A stretch of DNA of 64,000 nt from a virus. A program made the position numbers and the translations under genes. This document shows positions 36,681 to 47,016 of the stretch, in pieces. The stretch spans positions 1 through 64,000 of the IMG/VR virus record IMGVR_UViG_3300047557_003310; one strand, 5' to 3'. Below the pieces are notes generated by a model, which did not search any database, was not told the DNA's origin, and was given only the letters and a program-made list of their open reading frames with translations. How positions within the stretch are numbered: the first letter of the stretch is position 1; each line of letters starts with the position of its first letter.

Positions 36681-38279
36681 ATGAAAAAGATACAAGAAGA
36701 TCACAAAGAAATTGCTAGTGGCAAAAAGAAAGATGATGAAGGCTATATGGCAGGGATTGAATTGGATTCAATCGAAAGAGCTGTAAAGAATTTAAGAAAA
36801 GCAATCAAGAGTAGTGATACTCAATTACCTGCTTGGGTACAATCTAAAATTACCAGAGCAGCTGATTATATTGATACTGCAGCAGAATATCTTCAAAGTG
36901 ATGAACAATTAAATGAAATCTCATTTGAAGTCAACAGAGATACACATAAAAAAGAGACAAAAAAAACTAAAGCAACTGGCATAATAGATAAACCAGGAAC
37001 TCCTGGAGAAGAAGCAGCAGCAAAAAATATAGTAAGAAAAATGGGAGGAACTGGTGCTAAAGCAGTTCCTCAATATAATCTCTTGCCACCAAGAAATGAA
37101 GAGATTTCTTTAGTAGATAAAATATTATCTGAAATGGGTTGTGGATGCAATAAAACAAAAAAGGGAAAAAAGTGCCCTGAGCATGGATATAAAGATTGTT
37201 CATCCATGCACGAAGAAAAGGACCCAAAAGGTCCAGTTCAGGCATATAAGTCTCCTGAAGAAATTGCAAAAAAGCATGGGGTTTCATTAGATGAGATAAA
37301 TACCCAATTAAAGATGGGAATTAAAGTAGAAGGAGAACATACTTCAGACAAGACTGCTGCAAGAATTACTGCACTTCAACATTTAGATGAAGTACCAGAT
37401 TACTATACAAAGTTAAAAAAAGTAGAGACTCAAAAAGAAAGTAAGATAGTAAGAGACATGTTTGGTAATGCTTCTTATGAATTTATTGATCTGATTACTG
37501 CAGATCCATTAATCAAAGAAGCAAAAAAATCTAAGAGTGATCCTTGTTGGGATGGATACAAAAGAAAAAAGGGAACAAAAAAGTATGAAGAGGGATCATG
37601 TGTTGAAGTAGAAGAAAATGTATCCCCTCAAGTGTTAGAGGCACAAAAAAAACTAAATAACGCTCAAATTCAATTAGCTAATGCAAAAAAGAAGGAGCTA
37701 TCTAAAACTGGAACTTCTACTGAATTGTCAGAAACGACAATTCCTACTCAATATGGACACAACTTTTCTGTTACTTTAATGTGGAGAGCAAAATATTACA
37801 ATATTCAAATGTTCTTCCCACAAATAAGAATGCCTAATAGAAGAGAAATAACAGACGAAGCAAATAAAGTTTATCCAAATTGTAAAGTTATTACATATGC
37901 TCCAAGTAGAATACAACAAAATCTTCCTATAATCCAAGTACCAGATAAAAGATCAAAAAATTATCTTATGAATAACGGTACAATAGGAGAGGGGGTTGAA
38001 ATAGTAGAATCAAAAAAGTCTGAAATGGCTTGCAATAAGCCAAAGTCTGAACCACATGGATCAGGAGAAACTGGAAAATCACATGTGGTAAAGGCATGTG
38101 AAGATGGAGAAGAAAAATTGATTCGTTTTGGACAACTGGGAGTCAAAGGTTCTCCTAAGAAAAAAGGAGAGTCTAAACAATACGCAATGCGTCGTCATAT
38201 GTTCCAAACCAGACACGCCAAGAATATTGCTCAAGGAAAAATGTCTGCTGCTTATTGGGCAAATAAAGTTAAGTGGTAA
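36681..38279 (+). CDS. Multi-module hypothetical protein (probable internal head protein)
   Basis: Charged modules PAWVQSKIT, GIKVEGEH...QHLDEVPDYYTKL, PCWDGYK, KLIRFGQ...SAAYWANKVKW; late-type TAAATA upstream. Confidence 0.7.
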   Translation: MKKIQEDHKEIASGKKKDDEGYMAGIELDSIERAVKNLRKAIKSSDTQLPAWVQSKITRAADYIDTAAEYLQSDEQLNEISFEVNRDTHKKETKKTKATGIIDKPGTPGEEAAAKNIVRKMGGTGAKAVPQYNLLPPRNEEISLVDKILSEMGCGCNKTKKGKKCPEHGYKDCSSMHEEKDPKGPVQAYKSPEEIAKKHGVSLDEINTQLKMGIKVEGEHTSDKTAARITALQHLDEVPDYYTKLKKVETQKESKIVRDMFGNASYEFIDLITADPLIKEAKKSKSDPCWDGYKRKKGTKKYEEGSCVEVEENVSPQVLEAQKKLNNAQIQLANAKKKELSKTGTSTELSETTIPTQYGHNFSVTLMWRAKYYNIQMFFPQIRMPNRREITDEANKVYPNCKVITYAPSRIQQNLPIIQVPDKRSKNYLMNNGTIGEGVEIVESKKSEMACNKPKSEPHGSGETGKSHVVKACEDGEEKLIRFGQLGVKGSPKKKGESKQYAMRRHMFQTRHAKNIAQGKMSAAYWANKVKW

Positions 38280-38296
38280 ATTTATATTAATTTTTT

Positions 38297-39946
38297 ATGG
38301 CTGAAGAACATTATCTTGGTAATCCGCTCCTAAAAAAAGCAAATACCCAAATTGAATTTACAGAAGAACAAATCGTTGAATTTGCAAGATGTGCTCAAGA
38401 TCCAGTATATTTTGCTAACAATTATATACAAATTGTGACTCTTGATCATGGTTTACAACCGTTTGAAATGTATCCATTTCAGGAAAGGATGTTAAATTCT
38501 TTCCATAAAAATAGATTTAACATTTGTAAACTTCCTAGGCAGTCCGGTAAATCAACTACCGTAGTATCGTATCTTCTACATTATGCAATTTTTAATGACA
38601 ATGTAAATATTGCTATTCTTGCCAACAAGGCACAGACAGCAAGAGATCTACTTGGTCGTTTACAAACTGGATATGAAAATTTACCTAGATGGCTACAGCA
38701 AGGAATCTGTTCTTGGAATAAAGGTTCATTAGAACTGGAAAATGGTTCTAAAATATTTGCTGCCTCAACTTCAGCATCATCTGTCCGAGGTAGCACATAC
38801 AATATTATCTTCTTGGACGAATTTGCTTTCGTTCCAAATCAAGTTGCAGATTCTTTCTTTAGTTCAGTATATCCTACGATTACTTCTGGTAAATCATCAA
38901 AAGTTATTGTTGTTTCTACTCCTAAAGGACTTAATCACTTTTATAAATTATGGGATGATGCGAAGAAAACTAAGAATGAGTATGTCCCAATTGAAGTATT
39001 TTGGACTGATGTTCCAGGAAGAGACGAAGAATTTAAGAAAACAACAATTGCTAACACAAGCGAGAGTCAGTGGAGACAAGAATTTGAATGTGAATTCCTT
39101 GGCTCAGTTGATACACTAATATCTGGCGCAAAATTAGCAACTCTAGTTCAAGATAGACCGAAGACATCAAATGCTGGTCTTGATGTGTATGAAGATCCAA
39201 TAGAAGATCATCAATATGTAATTACTGTCGATGTAGCAAGAGGAGTTGAAATCGATTACTCAGCATTTATAGTATTTGATATAACTACTTTTCCATATAA
39301 AGTCGTGGCAAAGTATAGAAATAATGAAATAAAGCCTATGATGTTCCCATATGTCATAAAAGACGCCGGAAAGGCTTACAACAGCTCCTATGTGCTGTGT
39401 GAAGTGAATGATGTGGGGGATCAGGTAGCTGCTGCATTACATTACGATTTAGAGTATCCTAATGTATTGATGTGTTCTATGCGTGGTAGAGCTGGGCAGA
39501 TTGTTGGACAAGGTTTTTCTGGTAAGAAAACCCAGATGGGAGTCAAGATGTCAAAAACAGTCAAGAAAGTTGGCTGTTTAAATTTGAAGGCAATTATAGA
39601 AGAAGAAAAGTTATTAGTCAGTGACTATGATATTATATCAGAATTAACTACATTTGTCCAGAAATATAATTCATTTGAAGCTGAAGAAGGATGCAATGAT
39701 GACTTAGCCATGTGTCTTGTTATATTTGCATGGTTAATAGTACAAGACTATTTTAAAGAGATGACGGACAATGATGTCCGTAAAAAATTATACGAAGAAC
39801 AACAGAATCAACTAGAACAAGATATGGCACCTTTTGGATTCATAGTGGATGGTACAGAATCTGAAAATTTTGTTGATAATGAAGGAACGAGATGGTTTAC
39901 GGATGAATATGGAGATATGTCTTATATGTGGGAATACAATTTTTAA
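38297..39946 (+). CDS. g17: Terminase large subunit gp17
   Basis: PRQSGKST Walker A, IIFLDEFAF Walker B, DVARG and DDLAM nuclease motifs. Confidence 0.97.
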   Translation: MAEEHYLGNPLLKKANTQIEFTEEQIVEFARCAQDPVYFANNYIQIVTLDHGLQPFEMYPFQERMLNSFHKNRFNICKLPRQSGKSTTVVSYLLHYAIFNDNVNIAILANKAQTARDLLGRLQTGYENLPRWLQQGICSWNKGSLELENGSKIFAASTSASSVRGSTYNIIFLDEFAFVPNQVADSFFSSVYPTITSGKSSKVIVVSTPKGLNHFYKLWDDAKKTKNEYVPIEVFWTDVPGRDEEFKKTTIANTSESQWRQEFECEFLGSVDTLISGAKLATLVQDRPKTSNAGLDVYEDPIEDHQYVITVDVARGVEIDYSAFIVFDITTFPYKVVAKYRNNEIKPMMFPYVIKDAGKAYNSSYVLCEVNDVGDQVAAALHYDLEYPNVLMCSMRGRAGQIVGQGFSGKKTQMGVKMSKTVKKVGCLNLKAIIEEEKLLVSDYDIISELTTFVQKYNSFEAEEGCNDDLAMCLVIFAWLIVQDYFKEMTDNDVRKKLYEEQQNQLEQDMAPFGFIVDGTESENFVDNEGTRWFTDEYGDMSYMWEYNF

Positions 39947-39972
39947 TTCAATGTCATGTAAATAAAGTTTTT

Positions 39973-39980
39973 CATAAATA
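39973..39980 (+). promoter_or_regulatory. T4-type late promoter
   Basis: CATAAATA upstream of g18. Confidence 0.65.
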
Positions 39981-40015
39981 TTTTTTAGAGAAACTGATTT
40001 TTTAGGGAGAAAAAT

Positions 40016-42199
40016 ATGGCGACTCCTCAATTATCTCCAGGCGTACTTGTCAGAGAGGTTGATTTAACTGTAGGAAGAGCTGACAATGTACTCGATAATA
40101 TTGGAGCAATTGCAGGGCCATTTGCAATAGGACCTGTTGATGATCCAGTTGATATTACTACAGAGCAAGAGTTAATTAATGTATTTGGTAAGCCAAGTTC
40201 AACAGATGCTCAATATGAATATTGGATGAGCGCATCTTCATTCTTGTCTTACGGTGGAGTTCTTAAAGTAGTAAGAACTTCAGGAAGCAATCTAGTAAAT
40301 GCAAATGCTGCGAGATTAGCAAGCGGTATTTCAACAGTTGGTGTACCTAGTCTGCTCATTAAAAACTTTGACGAGTATGAATCACTGTATTCTACAACAG
40401 ACAATGTGGAGTTTGTTTTTGCCGCAAAAACACCAGGAACATGGTCAAACAATCTTAAAGTTTGCGTAATTGATGATAAAGCAGACCAAATTCTCAAAGT
40501 GGGTTCAGCAGTTACAACGGCTCAAGTTGGATATGCTGTAACTACAAATTTAAGTAATATTACTGTTGCTGGCGTTGGCTCTACTTCTCAATTCACAGGT
40601 TATTTGAAGTCTATTATAACTGGAATAAACACAATAAGTCAAACTGTAGATGTAAAAATTACATCAATAGTATCAAATGGTGGGGTTGAAACTCCAGTAG
40701 ACTATGCAGAGAAAAACCAGTTAAGGTCATTCTTACTTGGAAATACAGTAGCAATTAGCAGTACTTCTTCTAGTGGTTTAGGTTCAACTACTCTTTCTGG
40801 CGCAGATGCGATTTTAGATTGGTATGACCAACAAACTTTAGGACTAACAAATAGCACAATCTATTGGAGTTCTTTGGCACCAAAGCCAACAACAAACCAA
40901 TATGTTGCTGAAAGAAAAGGAAGAAATGATGCAATTCATATTGCAATAGTGGACGATACTGGTAGTGTAACCGGAATTCAAGGTAACTTAGTAGAAAAGC
41001 ATTTATTCTTATCTAAGGCAACTGATACAATTTCTGCAGTAAATTCACCCCAAAAGCTCTGGTGGAAGGAATATCTTGCTCAAAATTCAAACTATGTTTA
41101 TGTTGGAGATAATCCTTCAGATGGCGATAACAATGAAACTACATATCAAACAGGATTTTCTAGCGGCTTTGTTGGATTAACTACAGCAAGAGGACAATGG
41201 AATTCTCCTGCTCAAGATAAAGTTTACGGCGCTATTGGTAATGTAACTTATACATTATCTGGAGGGAAGGATTATGGTCAAAATAATGGAATGGCAGCCA
41301 CTTTAGGCGATTTATCAACTTCATATAGACTTTTCTCCAATAAAGATGAAGTTGCTGTTGATTATTTGATAATGGGACCAGGTTTACTTGATAAGTCATT
41401 ATCACAAGCAAAAGCCCAAGAATTGATTTCAATTGCTTCAGCTAGAAAAGATTGTATTGCAGTAATTTCTCCACATAGAGAAGATGTTGTCAATAGAACA
41501 AATACTGAAGATCAAACAAATGAAATTATAGAGTTCTTTAGTCCTCTATCTTCTTCTTCTTATGCTGTATTTGATACTGGTTACAAGTACACATATGATA
41601 GATTCAACAATAAATTCCGTTGGATTCCATGTAACCCAGACATTGCTGGATTGATGGTTAGAACTTCTTTAAATTCTTATCCATGGTATTCACCAGCTGG
41701 ACAACAGAGAGGAGTTCTTAATAATGCAATTAAATTAGCATACAATCCCTCTAAAGCACAAAGAGATAGACTATATCCAATTAGAGTAAATTCCATTGTA
41801 AATCAACCTGGAATTGGCATAATTCTATTTGGTGATAAAACTGCTCTTGGTTATGCTTCTGCATTTGATCGAATTAATGTTCGTAGATTGTTCTTGACTG
41901 TCGAACAAGCACTAGAAAGAACTGCTCAAGCTCAGTTGTTTGAATTGAATGATTCTTTAACTCGTGCAAACTTTGTGAATATTGTGGAACCATATTTACG
42001 AGATGTACAAGCAAAAAGAGGAGTATATGATTTCAGAGTAATATGTGATGAGACTAATAACACTCCTGATGTAATTGACAACAATGAATTTAGAGCTGAT
42101 ATTTTCTTAAAACCAACCAAGTCAATTAATTATGTCACACTTACATTTGTGGCTACTCGAACTGGAGTTAGCTTCGAAGAAGTTACTGGTAGGGTTTAA
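40016..42199 (+). CDS. g18: Tail sheath protein gp18
   Basis: LSPGVLVREVD, PWYSPAG, FDRINVRRLF, KSINYVTLTFVATRTG. Confidence 0.97.
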   Translation: MATPQLSPGVLVREVDLTVGRADNVLDNIGAIAGPFAIGPVDDPVDITTEQELINVFGKPSSTDAQYEYWMSASSFLSYGGVLKVVRTSGSNLVNANAARLASGISTVGVPSLLIKNFDEYESLYSTTDNVEFVFAAKTPGTWSNNLKVCVIDDKADQILKVGSAVTTAQVGYAVTTNLSNITVAGVGSTSQFTGYLKSIITGINTISQTVDVKITSIVSNGGVETPVDYAEKNQLRSFLLGNTVAISSTSSSGLGSTTLSGADAILDWYDQQTLGLTNSTIYWSSLAPKPTTNQYVAERKGRNDAIHIAIVDDTGSVTGIQGNLVEKHLFLSKATDTISAVNSPQKLWWKEYLAQNSNYVYVGDNPSDGDNNETTYQTGFSSGFVGLTTARGQWNSPAQDKVYGAIGNVTYTLSGGKDYGQNNGMAATLGDLSTSYRLFSNKDEVAVDYLIMGPGLLDKSLSQAKAQELISIASARKDCIAVISPHREDVVNRTNTEDQTNEIIEFFSPLSSSSYAVFDTGYKYTYDRFNNKFRWIPCNPDIAGLMVRTSLNSYPWYSPAGQQRGVLNNAIKLAYNPSKAQRDRLYPIRVNSIVNQPGIGIILFGDKTALGYASAFDRINVRRLFLTVEQALERTAQAQLFELNDSLTRANFVNIVEPYLRDVQAKRGVYDFRVICDETNNTPDVIDNNEFRADIFLKPTKSINYVTLTFVATRTGVSFEEVTGRV

Positions 42200-42236
42200 T
42201 TTAGATATAAATTAATTACAAAAGGAGGAATTAAAA

Positions 42237-42875
42237 ATGTCACAGTTAAGAACAATCACTCAGTTTAAAGAAAGACTAGCTGGTGGTGGCGCTCGTCCTA
42301 ATCTATTTGAAGTAAGTATTCCATCATTCCCTGCGCCAATTCAAAATTTTTGGTCTAGTGGAGCTGGTGGAGAAGCTGAAACATTTAGCTTTTTATGTAA
42401 GTCAGCAGCATTACCAGCTTCTAATGTAAATCCAATCGATGTGCCATTTAGAGGTCGTATTTTAAAAGTTGCTGGAGACAGAACTTTTGATCCATGGACA
42501 GTTACTATCATAAATGATGAGGACTTCAAATTGAGAACCGGATTTGAAAAATGGATGAATCACATCAATAAATTGGAAAATGCAACTGGCGCAACTAGCC
42601 CAGAATCTTATATGACTGATGCTTATGTATATCAACTTGGAAGAGGAAAAACTAAAAACTCTGAATCAAATTATGGAGATAGAACTGGTGGAGCACTTAC
42701 TCCACTAAGAACATATAAATTCTATAGTATTTTCCCAACTAACGTAAGTCAGATTGATTTATCATATGATACAAGTGATGACATAGAAACTTATACAGTT
42801 GAATTCCAAATTCTTTACTGGACTGCCGGTGAAGGTACTACAGATCAATCTGGATCTAGTAATATTGTTAAGTAA
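42237..42875 (+). CDS. g19: Tail tube protein gp19
   Basis: GGARPNLFEV, VPFRGRILKVAGDRTF..WTVT. Confidence 0.96.
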   Translation: MSQLRTITQFKERLAGGGARPNLFEVSIPSFPAPIQNFWSSGAGGEAETFSFLCKSAALPASNVNPIDVPFRGRILKVAGDRTFDPWTVTIINDEDFKLRTGFEKWMNHINKLENATGATSPESYMTDAYVYQLGRGKTKNSESNYGDRTGGALTPLRTYKFYSIFPTNVSQIDLSYDTSDDIETYTVEFQILYWTAGEGTTDQSGSSNIVK

Positions 42876-42904
42876 TAAATAAAGGATAACTAAAAAAATA
42901 AATT

Positions 42905-44584
42905 ATGGCAAGACTATTTGGTTTTTCTATTGAAGATTCGGAAAAACTATCACCTTCTGTGGTATCCCCCGTCCCACCTAATGATGAGGATGGGGTTGAC
43001 CATTATTTAACTAGTGGTTTTTTCGGATCATATGTAGACATTGAAGGTGTATATAGAACAGAATTTGATTTAATAAAAAGATATAGAGAAATGGCACTAC
43101 ATCCAGAAGTGGACAGTGCCATTGAAGATATTGTAAACGAAGCTATTGTATCAGATACTAACGACTCACCTATTCAAATTGAATTGTCAAATTTGAATGC
43201 TAGTGATGGAATAAAGCAAAGAATAAGAGAAGAATTTAAATATATACTTGAACTATTAGATTTCAATAAAAAAGCACACGAAATTTATAGAAATTGGTAT
43301 GTTGATGGGAGACTTTATTACCATAAAGTAATAGATCTAAAAAAACCCCAGGATGGAATTCAGGAGTTGAGATATATTGACTCCATGAAAATGAGATATG
43401 TAAGGCAAGAAAAAAAATCAAAAAAAGATCAAAATCAACCTAGAACTAGTGGGTTAGTTGGCGACGAAAACCCAATGAACTTTAAGTTCCCAGAGATAGA
43501 AGAATATTTTATATATGACCCTAAAAGTTCATATCCCATTGGAGCAAGTGCCGCTAATATGGGAATGGCATCTTCTGATAAAGGAGTTAAAATTGCAAAA
43601 GATGCTATAACTTATTGTACTTCTGGGCTAGTAGATAGAAATAAAGGAACTACACTTTCTTATTTAAATAAGGCAATAAAAGCTCTCAATCAATTGAGAA
43701 TGATTGAAGATTCATTGGTAATCTATAGATTATCTCGTGCACCGGAGCGTCGTATTTTTTACATTGATGTTGGCAATCTACCAAAAATAAAGGCAGAACA
43801 ATATCTTCGTGATGTCATGATGCGCTATAGGAATAAACTAGTGTACGATGCATCAACTGGCGAAATCAGAGATGATAAAAAGTTCATGAGTATGTTGGAA
43901 GATTTTTGGTTACCTCGTCGTGAAGGTGGCAGAGGAACTCAAATTGATACTTTACCTGGTGGACAAAATCTTGGAGAGATTACTGATATAAATTACTTCC
44001 AATCTAAATTATACAAAGCATTAAATGTTCCTTCATCTAGAATTGATGGTGAAGGTGGGTTCAATCTAGGTAGATCATCAGAAATCTTAAGAGACGAATT
44101 AAAATTTAGTAAATTTGTAGGAAGATTGAGAAAAAGATTTTCTAACATGTTCAGTGATATGTTAAGGACTCAACTAATTCTAAAAAATATAATTACTCCA
44201 GAAGATTGGGATTTAATGAGTGAGCACATACAATATGATTTCTTATATGACAATCATTTTGCGGAGCTAAAAGAGTCAGAATTAATGACAGATAGATTGA
44301 ATATGCTATCAATGGCTGAGCCATATATTGGAAAGTATTATTCTCAAGACTATGTGAGAAGAAATATATTGAGACAAACTGACCAAGAAATAGTAGAGCA
44401 GGATCAAATAATAAAGAAAGAAATAGAAGACGGAATTATTCCTGATCCAAATCAACCTGTTGATCCAGCTACTGGAATGCCTTTAGATGGAGGAGACAAT
44501 ATACAAGGAGAAATGGGAAAAGTTCCAATTGAACCACAAGCAAATGAAAAAGCAGTCGAACCACCAACTGGTGGTGAAATTTAA
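42905..44584 (+). CDS. g20: Portal vertex protein gp20
   Basis: YRLSRAPERRIFYIDVGNLP, EDFWLPRREGGRGT. Confidence 0.98.
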   Translation: MARLFGFSIEDSEKLSPSVVSPVPPNDEDGVDHYLTSGFFGSYVDIEGVYRTEFDLIKRYREMALHPEVDSAIEDIVNEAIVSDTNDSPIQIELSNLNASDGIKQRIREEFKYILELLDFNKKAHEIYRNWYVDGRLYYHKVIDLKKPQDGIQELRYIDSMKMRYVRQEKKSKKDQNQPRTSGLVGDENPMNFKFPEIEEYFIYDPKSSYPIGASAANMGMASSDKGVKIAKDAITYCTSGLVDRNKGTTLSYLNKAIKALNQLRMIEDSLVIYRLSRAPERRIFYIDVGNLPKIKAEQYLRDVMMRYRNKLVYDASTGEIRDDKKFMSMLEDFWLPRREGGRGTQIDTLPGGQNLGEITDINYFQSKLYKALNVPSSRIDGEGGFNLGRSSEILRDELKFSKFVGRLRKRFSNMFSDMLRTQLILKNIITPEDWDLMSEHIQYDFLYDNHFAELKESELMTDRLNMLSMAEPYIGKYYSQDYVRRNILRQTDQEIVEQDQIIKKEIEDGIIPDPNQPVDPATGMPLDGGDNIQGEMGKVPIEPQANEKAVEPPTGGEI

Positions 44585-44622
44585 TCTCTAAATAATTAAA
44601 AATATATTAAAATTTTAAAATT

Positions 44623-44772
44623 ATGGATGAACTAATGGACATGGTTGCTTCTGATGAATCACCTTCTCAGATCAGCGACAAAATAAAGGAATTACTATTT
44701 GCAAAATCAGCAGAAAAAATAGATTCATATAGACCACAAGTAGCTGCTTCTTTATTCGGAGAAAACGAATAA
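44623..44772 (+). CDS. Small protein, gp67-like by position (49 aa)
   Basis: MDELMDMVASDESPSQISDKIKELLFAKSAEKID...LFGENE*; between g20 and g21. Confidence 0.65.
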   Translation: MDELMDMVASDESPSQISDKIKELLFAKSAEKIDSYRPQVAASLFGENE

Positions 44773-44806
44773 TAATAAATAACTAAATCGAATCAAAAAC
44801 AAAATA

Positions 44807-45073
44807 ATGCAAAGAACTAAAATTCTTTCTGATATAGTAACAATTCCAACTACTGCTGGTACAGCATCTAGTATTTCTTCTGCAACTTGCGTTAGATTGC
44901 ACAATAATACTAGTGGAATAGTTACAGTAAGTATATCAACATCTGTTGGTGCTGGAACAACATATAGTTTTAGTATTCCTGGTAATTCCGTTGAATTCCT
45001 AGAGAAACTACCAACTGATGTAATTTATGCAACCTCTGGAATAAAAGTAAACAAAGTAGCATTTACAAACTAA
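44807..45073 (+). CDS. Hypothetical virion protein
   Basis: 88-aa ORF in the head module; AATAAATA at 44774-44781. Confidence 0.7.
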   Translation: MQRTKILSDIVTIPTTAGTASSISSATCVRLHNNTSGIVTVSISTSVGAGTTYSFSIPGNSVEFLEKLPTDVIYATSGIKVNKVAFTN

Positions 45074-45077
45074 AGCT

Positions 45078-45722
45078 ATGAAACTAATCACGGAAGAAAT
45101 TTCTAAAGTAAAATTTATTACTGAGGAAAAAAATGGTAAAAAATCTCTCTACATAGAGGGAATTTTTTTACAAGCAGATATAAAAAATCGTAATGGTAGA
45201 TGTTACCCAATGGAAACTCTTTCCAGGGAAGTAACAAGATATAGTGACAATTATATCCAAAAAGGTAGAGCTTTAGGTGAATTAGGACACCCAGATGGAC
45301 CAACAGTAAATCTGGATAGAGTTTCACATATGATTACCTCTCTAAGAGAAGATGGTAATAATTTTATAGGAAAAGCTAAAATCTTAGATACCCCAATGGG
45401 TAAAATTGCTTCTTCACTTATATCGGAAGGAGTAAAATTGGGAGTTTCTTCTCGTGGAATTGGATCACTAGTTGAAAGAAATGGAGTTCGTTATGTTTCA
45501 GATGACTTTATGTTAGCAACTGCTGCTGATATAGTTGCTGATCCATCTGCTCCAGATGCATTTGTAAACGGAATTATGGAAGGCGTTGAATGGATATACG
45601 ATGTATCAAGGAATTCTTGGTTATTAGAAAACACTAAGAAAAAGATAAATCATCTAGTTGACACTAGACAACTAGATGAAAGAAAAATTGAATTATTTGA
45701 TCAATTTTTAAATTCTTTGTAA
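45078..45722 (+). CDS. g21: Prohead protease gp21
   Basis: ALGELGHP, GVSSRGIGS, DIVADPSAPDA. Confidence 0.96.
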   Translation: MKLITEEISKVKFITEEKNGKKSLYIEGIFLQADIKNRNGRCYPMETLSREVTRYSDNYIQKGRALGELGHPDGPTVNLDRVSHMITSLREDGNNFIGKAKILDTPMGKIASSLISEGVKLGVSSRGIGSLVERNGVRYVSDDFMLATAADIVADPSAPDAFVNGIMEGVEWIYDVSRNSWLLENTKKKINHLVDTRQLDERKIELFDQFLNSL

Positions 45723-45732
45723 TTTCATAAAT

Positions 45733-45740
45733 TATAAATA
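45733..45740 (+). promoter_or_regulatory. T4-type late promoter
   Basis: Exact TATAAATA upstream of g22/g23. Confidence 0.8.
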
Positions 45741-45778
45741 AATATAGATTTAATAAAAAGGTAAATCGGAGAGTTCAA

Positions 45779-46963
45779 ATGTCTCGTGGAAAAAACTTAC
45801 AAGAAATGGAAGTAGGCACAAAGCAATCCAAATCTGCTGTAAATGCAAGTGCTAAACCAGCAGAGCCAATGCCACATCTAACCACAGGTATTCCTGATGG
45901 CCAAAGTGCAACTGGATGGGAAGACCTTGGTGGTCCTACACCAGAAAACTATAAATCAGATGATGACTCAGCTAAGATCAAAGACCCAGCTGCTACACTC
46001 AAGAGTGTAAGTGATGTAGTAAATGCAAAGGCACATGCAGCTGATGCCATGCAAAAAATGGCTATGAAAGAAGAAGCTGATGAGGAAGATGAAGATATTC
46101 TAGATGAATCAGAAGATCTAGAAGAAGTAGAAGAAATTAATGAAGAAGATGAATCTGACGAAGAAGAGTCAGATGAAGGTGAGGACGAAGAAGAGGAAGA
46201 AGAGGAAGAAGAGCTAGAAGAAGAATTTGATGTAGAGGAAGACGTTCAAGCTCTCGTTGAGGGCGAAGAACTCTCAGAAGAATTTAAAGATAAAGCAAAG
46301 CTAATTTTTGAATCTGCACTTCGTTCTAAAGTAAATGAAATTCGTGTTGCTCTAGAAGAGCAATATGAGGAAGCATATGAGCAAAGACTCTGCGAAGAAG
46401 TAGAGTTGATGAAGGAAACTCTAGAGGATCGTATTGATTCATATCTAGAGTATGTTGCTGATGAGTGGATGCAAGAGAATACTCTTGCAATTGAATATGG
46501 AATTAAAGAGCAACTAAGTGAATCATTCTTGACTAACCTCAAGAATCTTTTTGAAGATCATTATGTACAACTCCCTGAAGAAAAATATGATGTACTTGAG
46601 AATATGGTAGAAAAACTTGATGAAATGGAGACAAAACTCAACGAGCAGATTGAAAGAAATATTCAACTCAACAAGCGTCTCTCAGAGTCGGTTGCTGATA
46701 GAATCTTTGATGAAGTATCTGGTGGTCTAGCTACTACTCAGAAAGAAAAGCTCGCTTCACTTGCCGAAAGTGTTGAGTTTGAAAGTGAAGTAAAATATCG
46801 TGAAAAATTGGAGACTTTAAAGGAATCATATTTTCCAACAAAATCAACATCTCCAGTAGCTCAACCTGAAACTCTTTCAGAAGGAGTAGTTTCATTGACT
46901 GAAGATTATTCTCCTTCAATGAACACTTATATGAAAGCCCTTTCTATGTTGGCCAAAAACTGA
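45779..46963 (+). CDS. g22: Prohead core scaffold gp22
   Basis: Glu-rich coiled coil, LSEEFKDKA..IFE, YLEYVADEW; between g21 and g23. Confidence 0.92.
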   Translation: MSRGKNLQEMEVGTKQSKSAVNASAKPAEPMPHLTTGIPDGQSATGWEDLGGPTPENYKSDDDSAKIKDPAATLKSVSDVVNAKAHAADAMQKMAMKEEADEEDEDILDESEDLEEVEEINEEDESDEEESDEGEDEEEEEEEEELEEEFDVEEDVQALVEGEELSEEFKDKAKLIFESALRSKVNEIRVALEEQYEEAYEQRLCEEVELMKETLEDRIDSYLEYVADEWMQENTLAIEYGIKEQLSESFLTNLKNLFEDHYVQLPEEKYDVLENMVEKLDEMETKLNEQIERNIQLNKRLSESVADRIFDEVSGGLATTQKEKLASLAESVEFESEVKYREKLETLKESYFPTKSTSPVAQPETLSEGVVSLTEDYSPSMNTYMKALSMLAKN

Positions 46964-47016
46964 TTTTAATATTAAATCAAACAAAAACAAACACATTTTT
47001 TAAGAGGTAAACGCAA

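Noticed and set aside
46070-46240. GAA-rich low-complexity run
   Set aside because: It encodes the poly-Glu region normal for the gp22 scaffold and is not an independent repeat.
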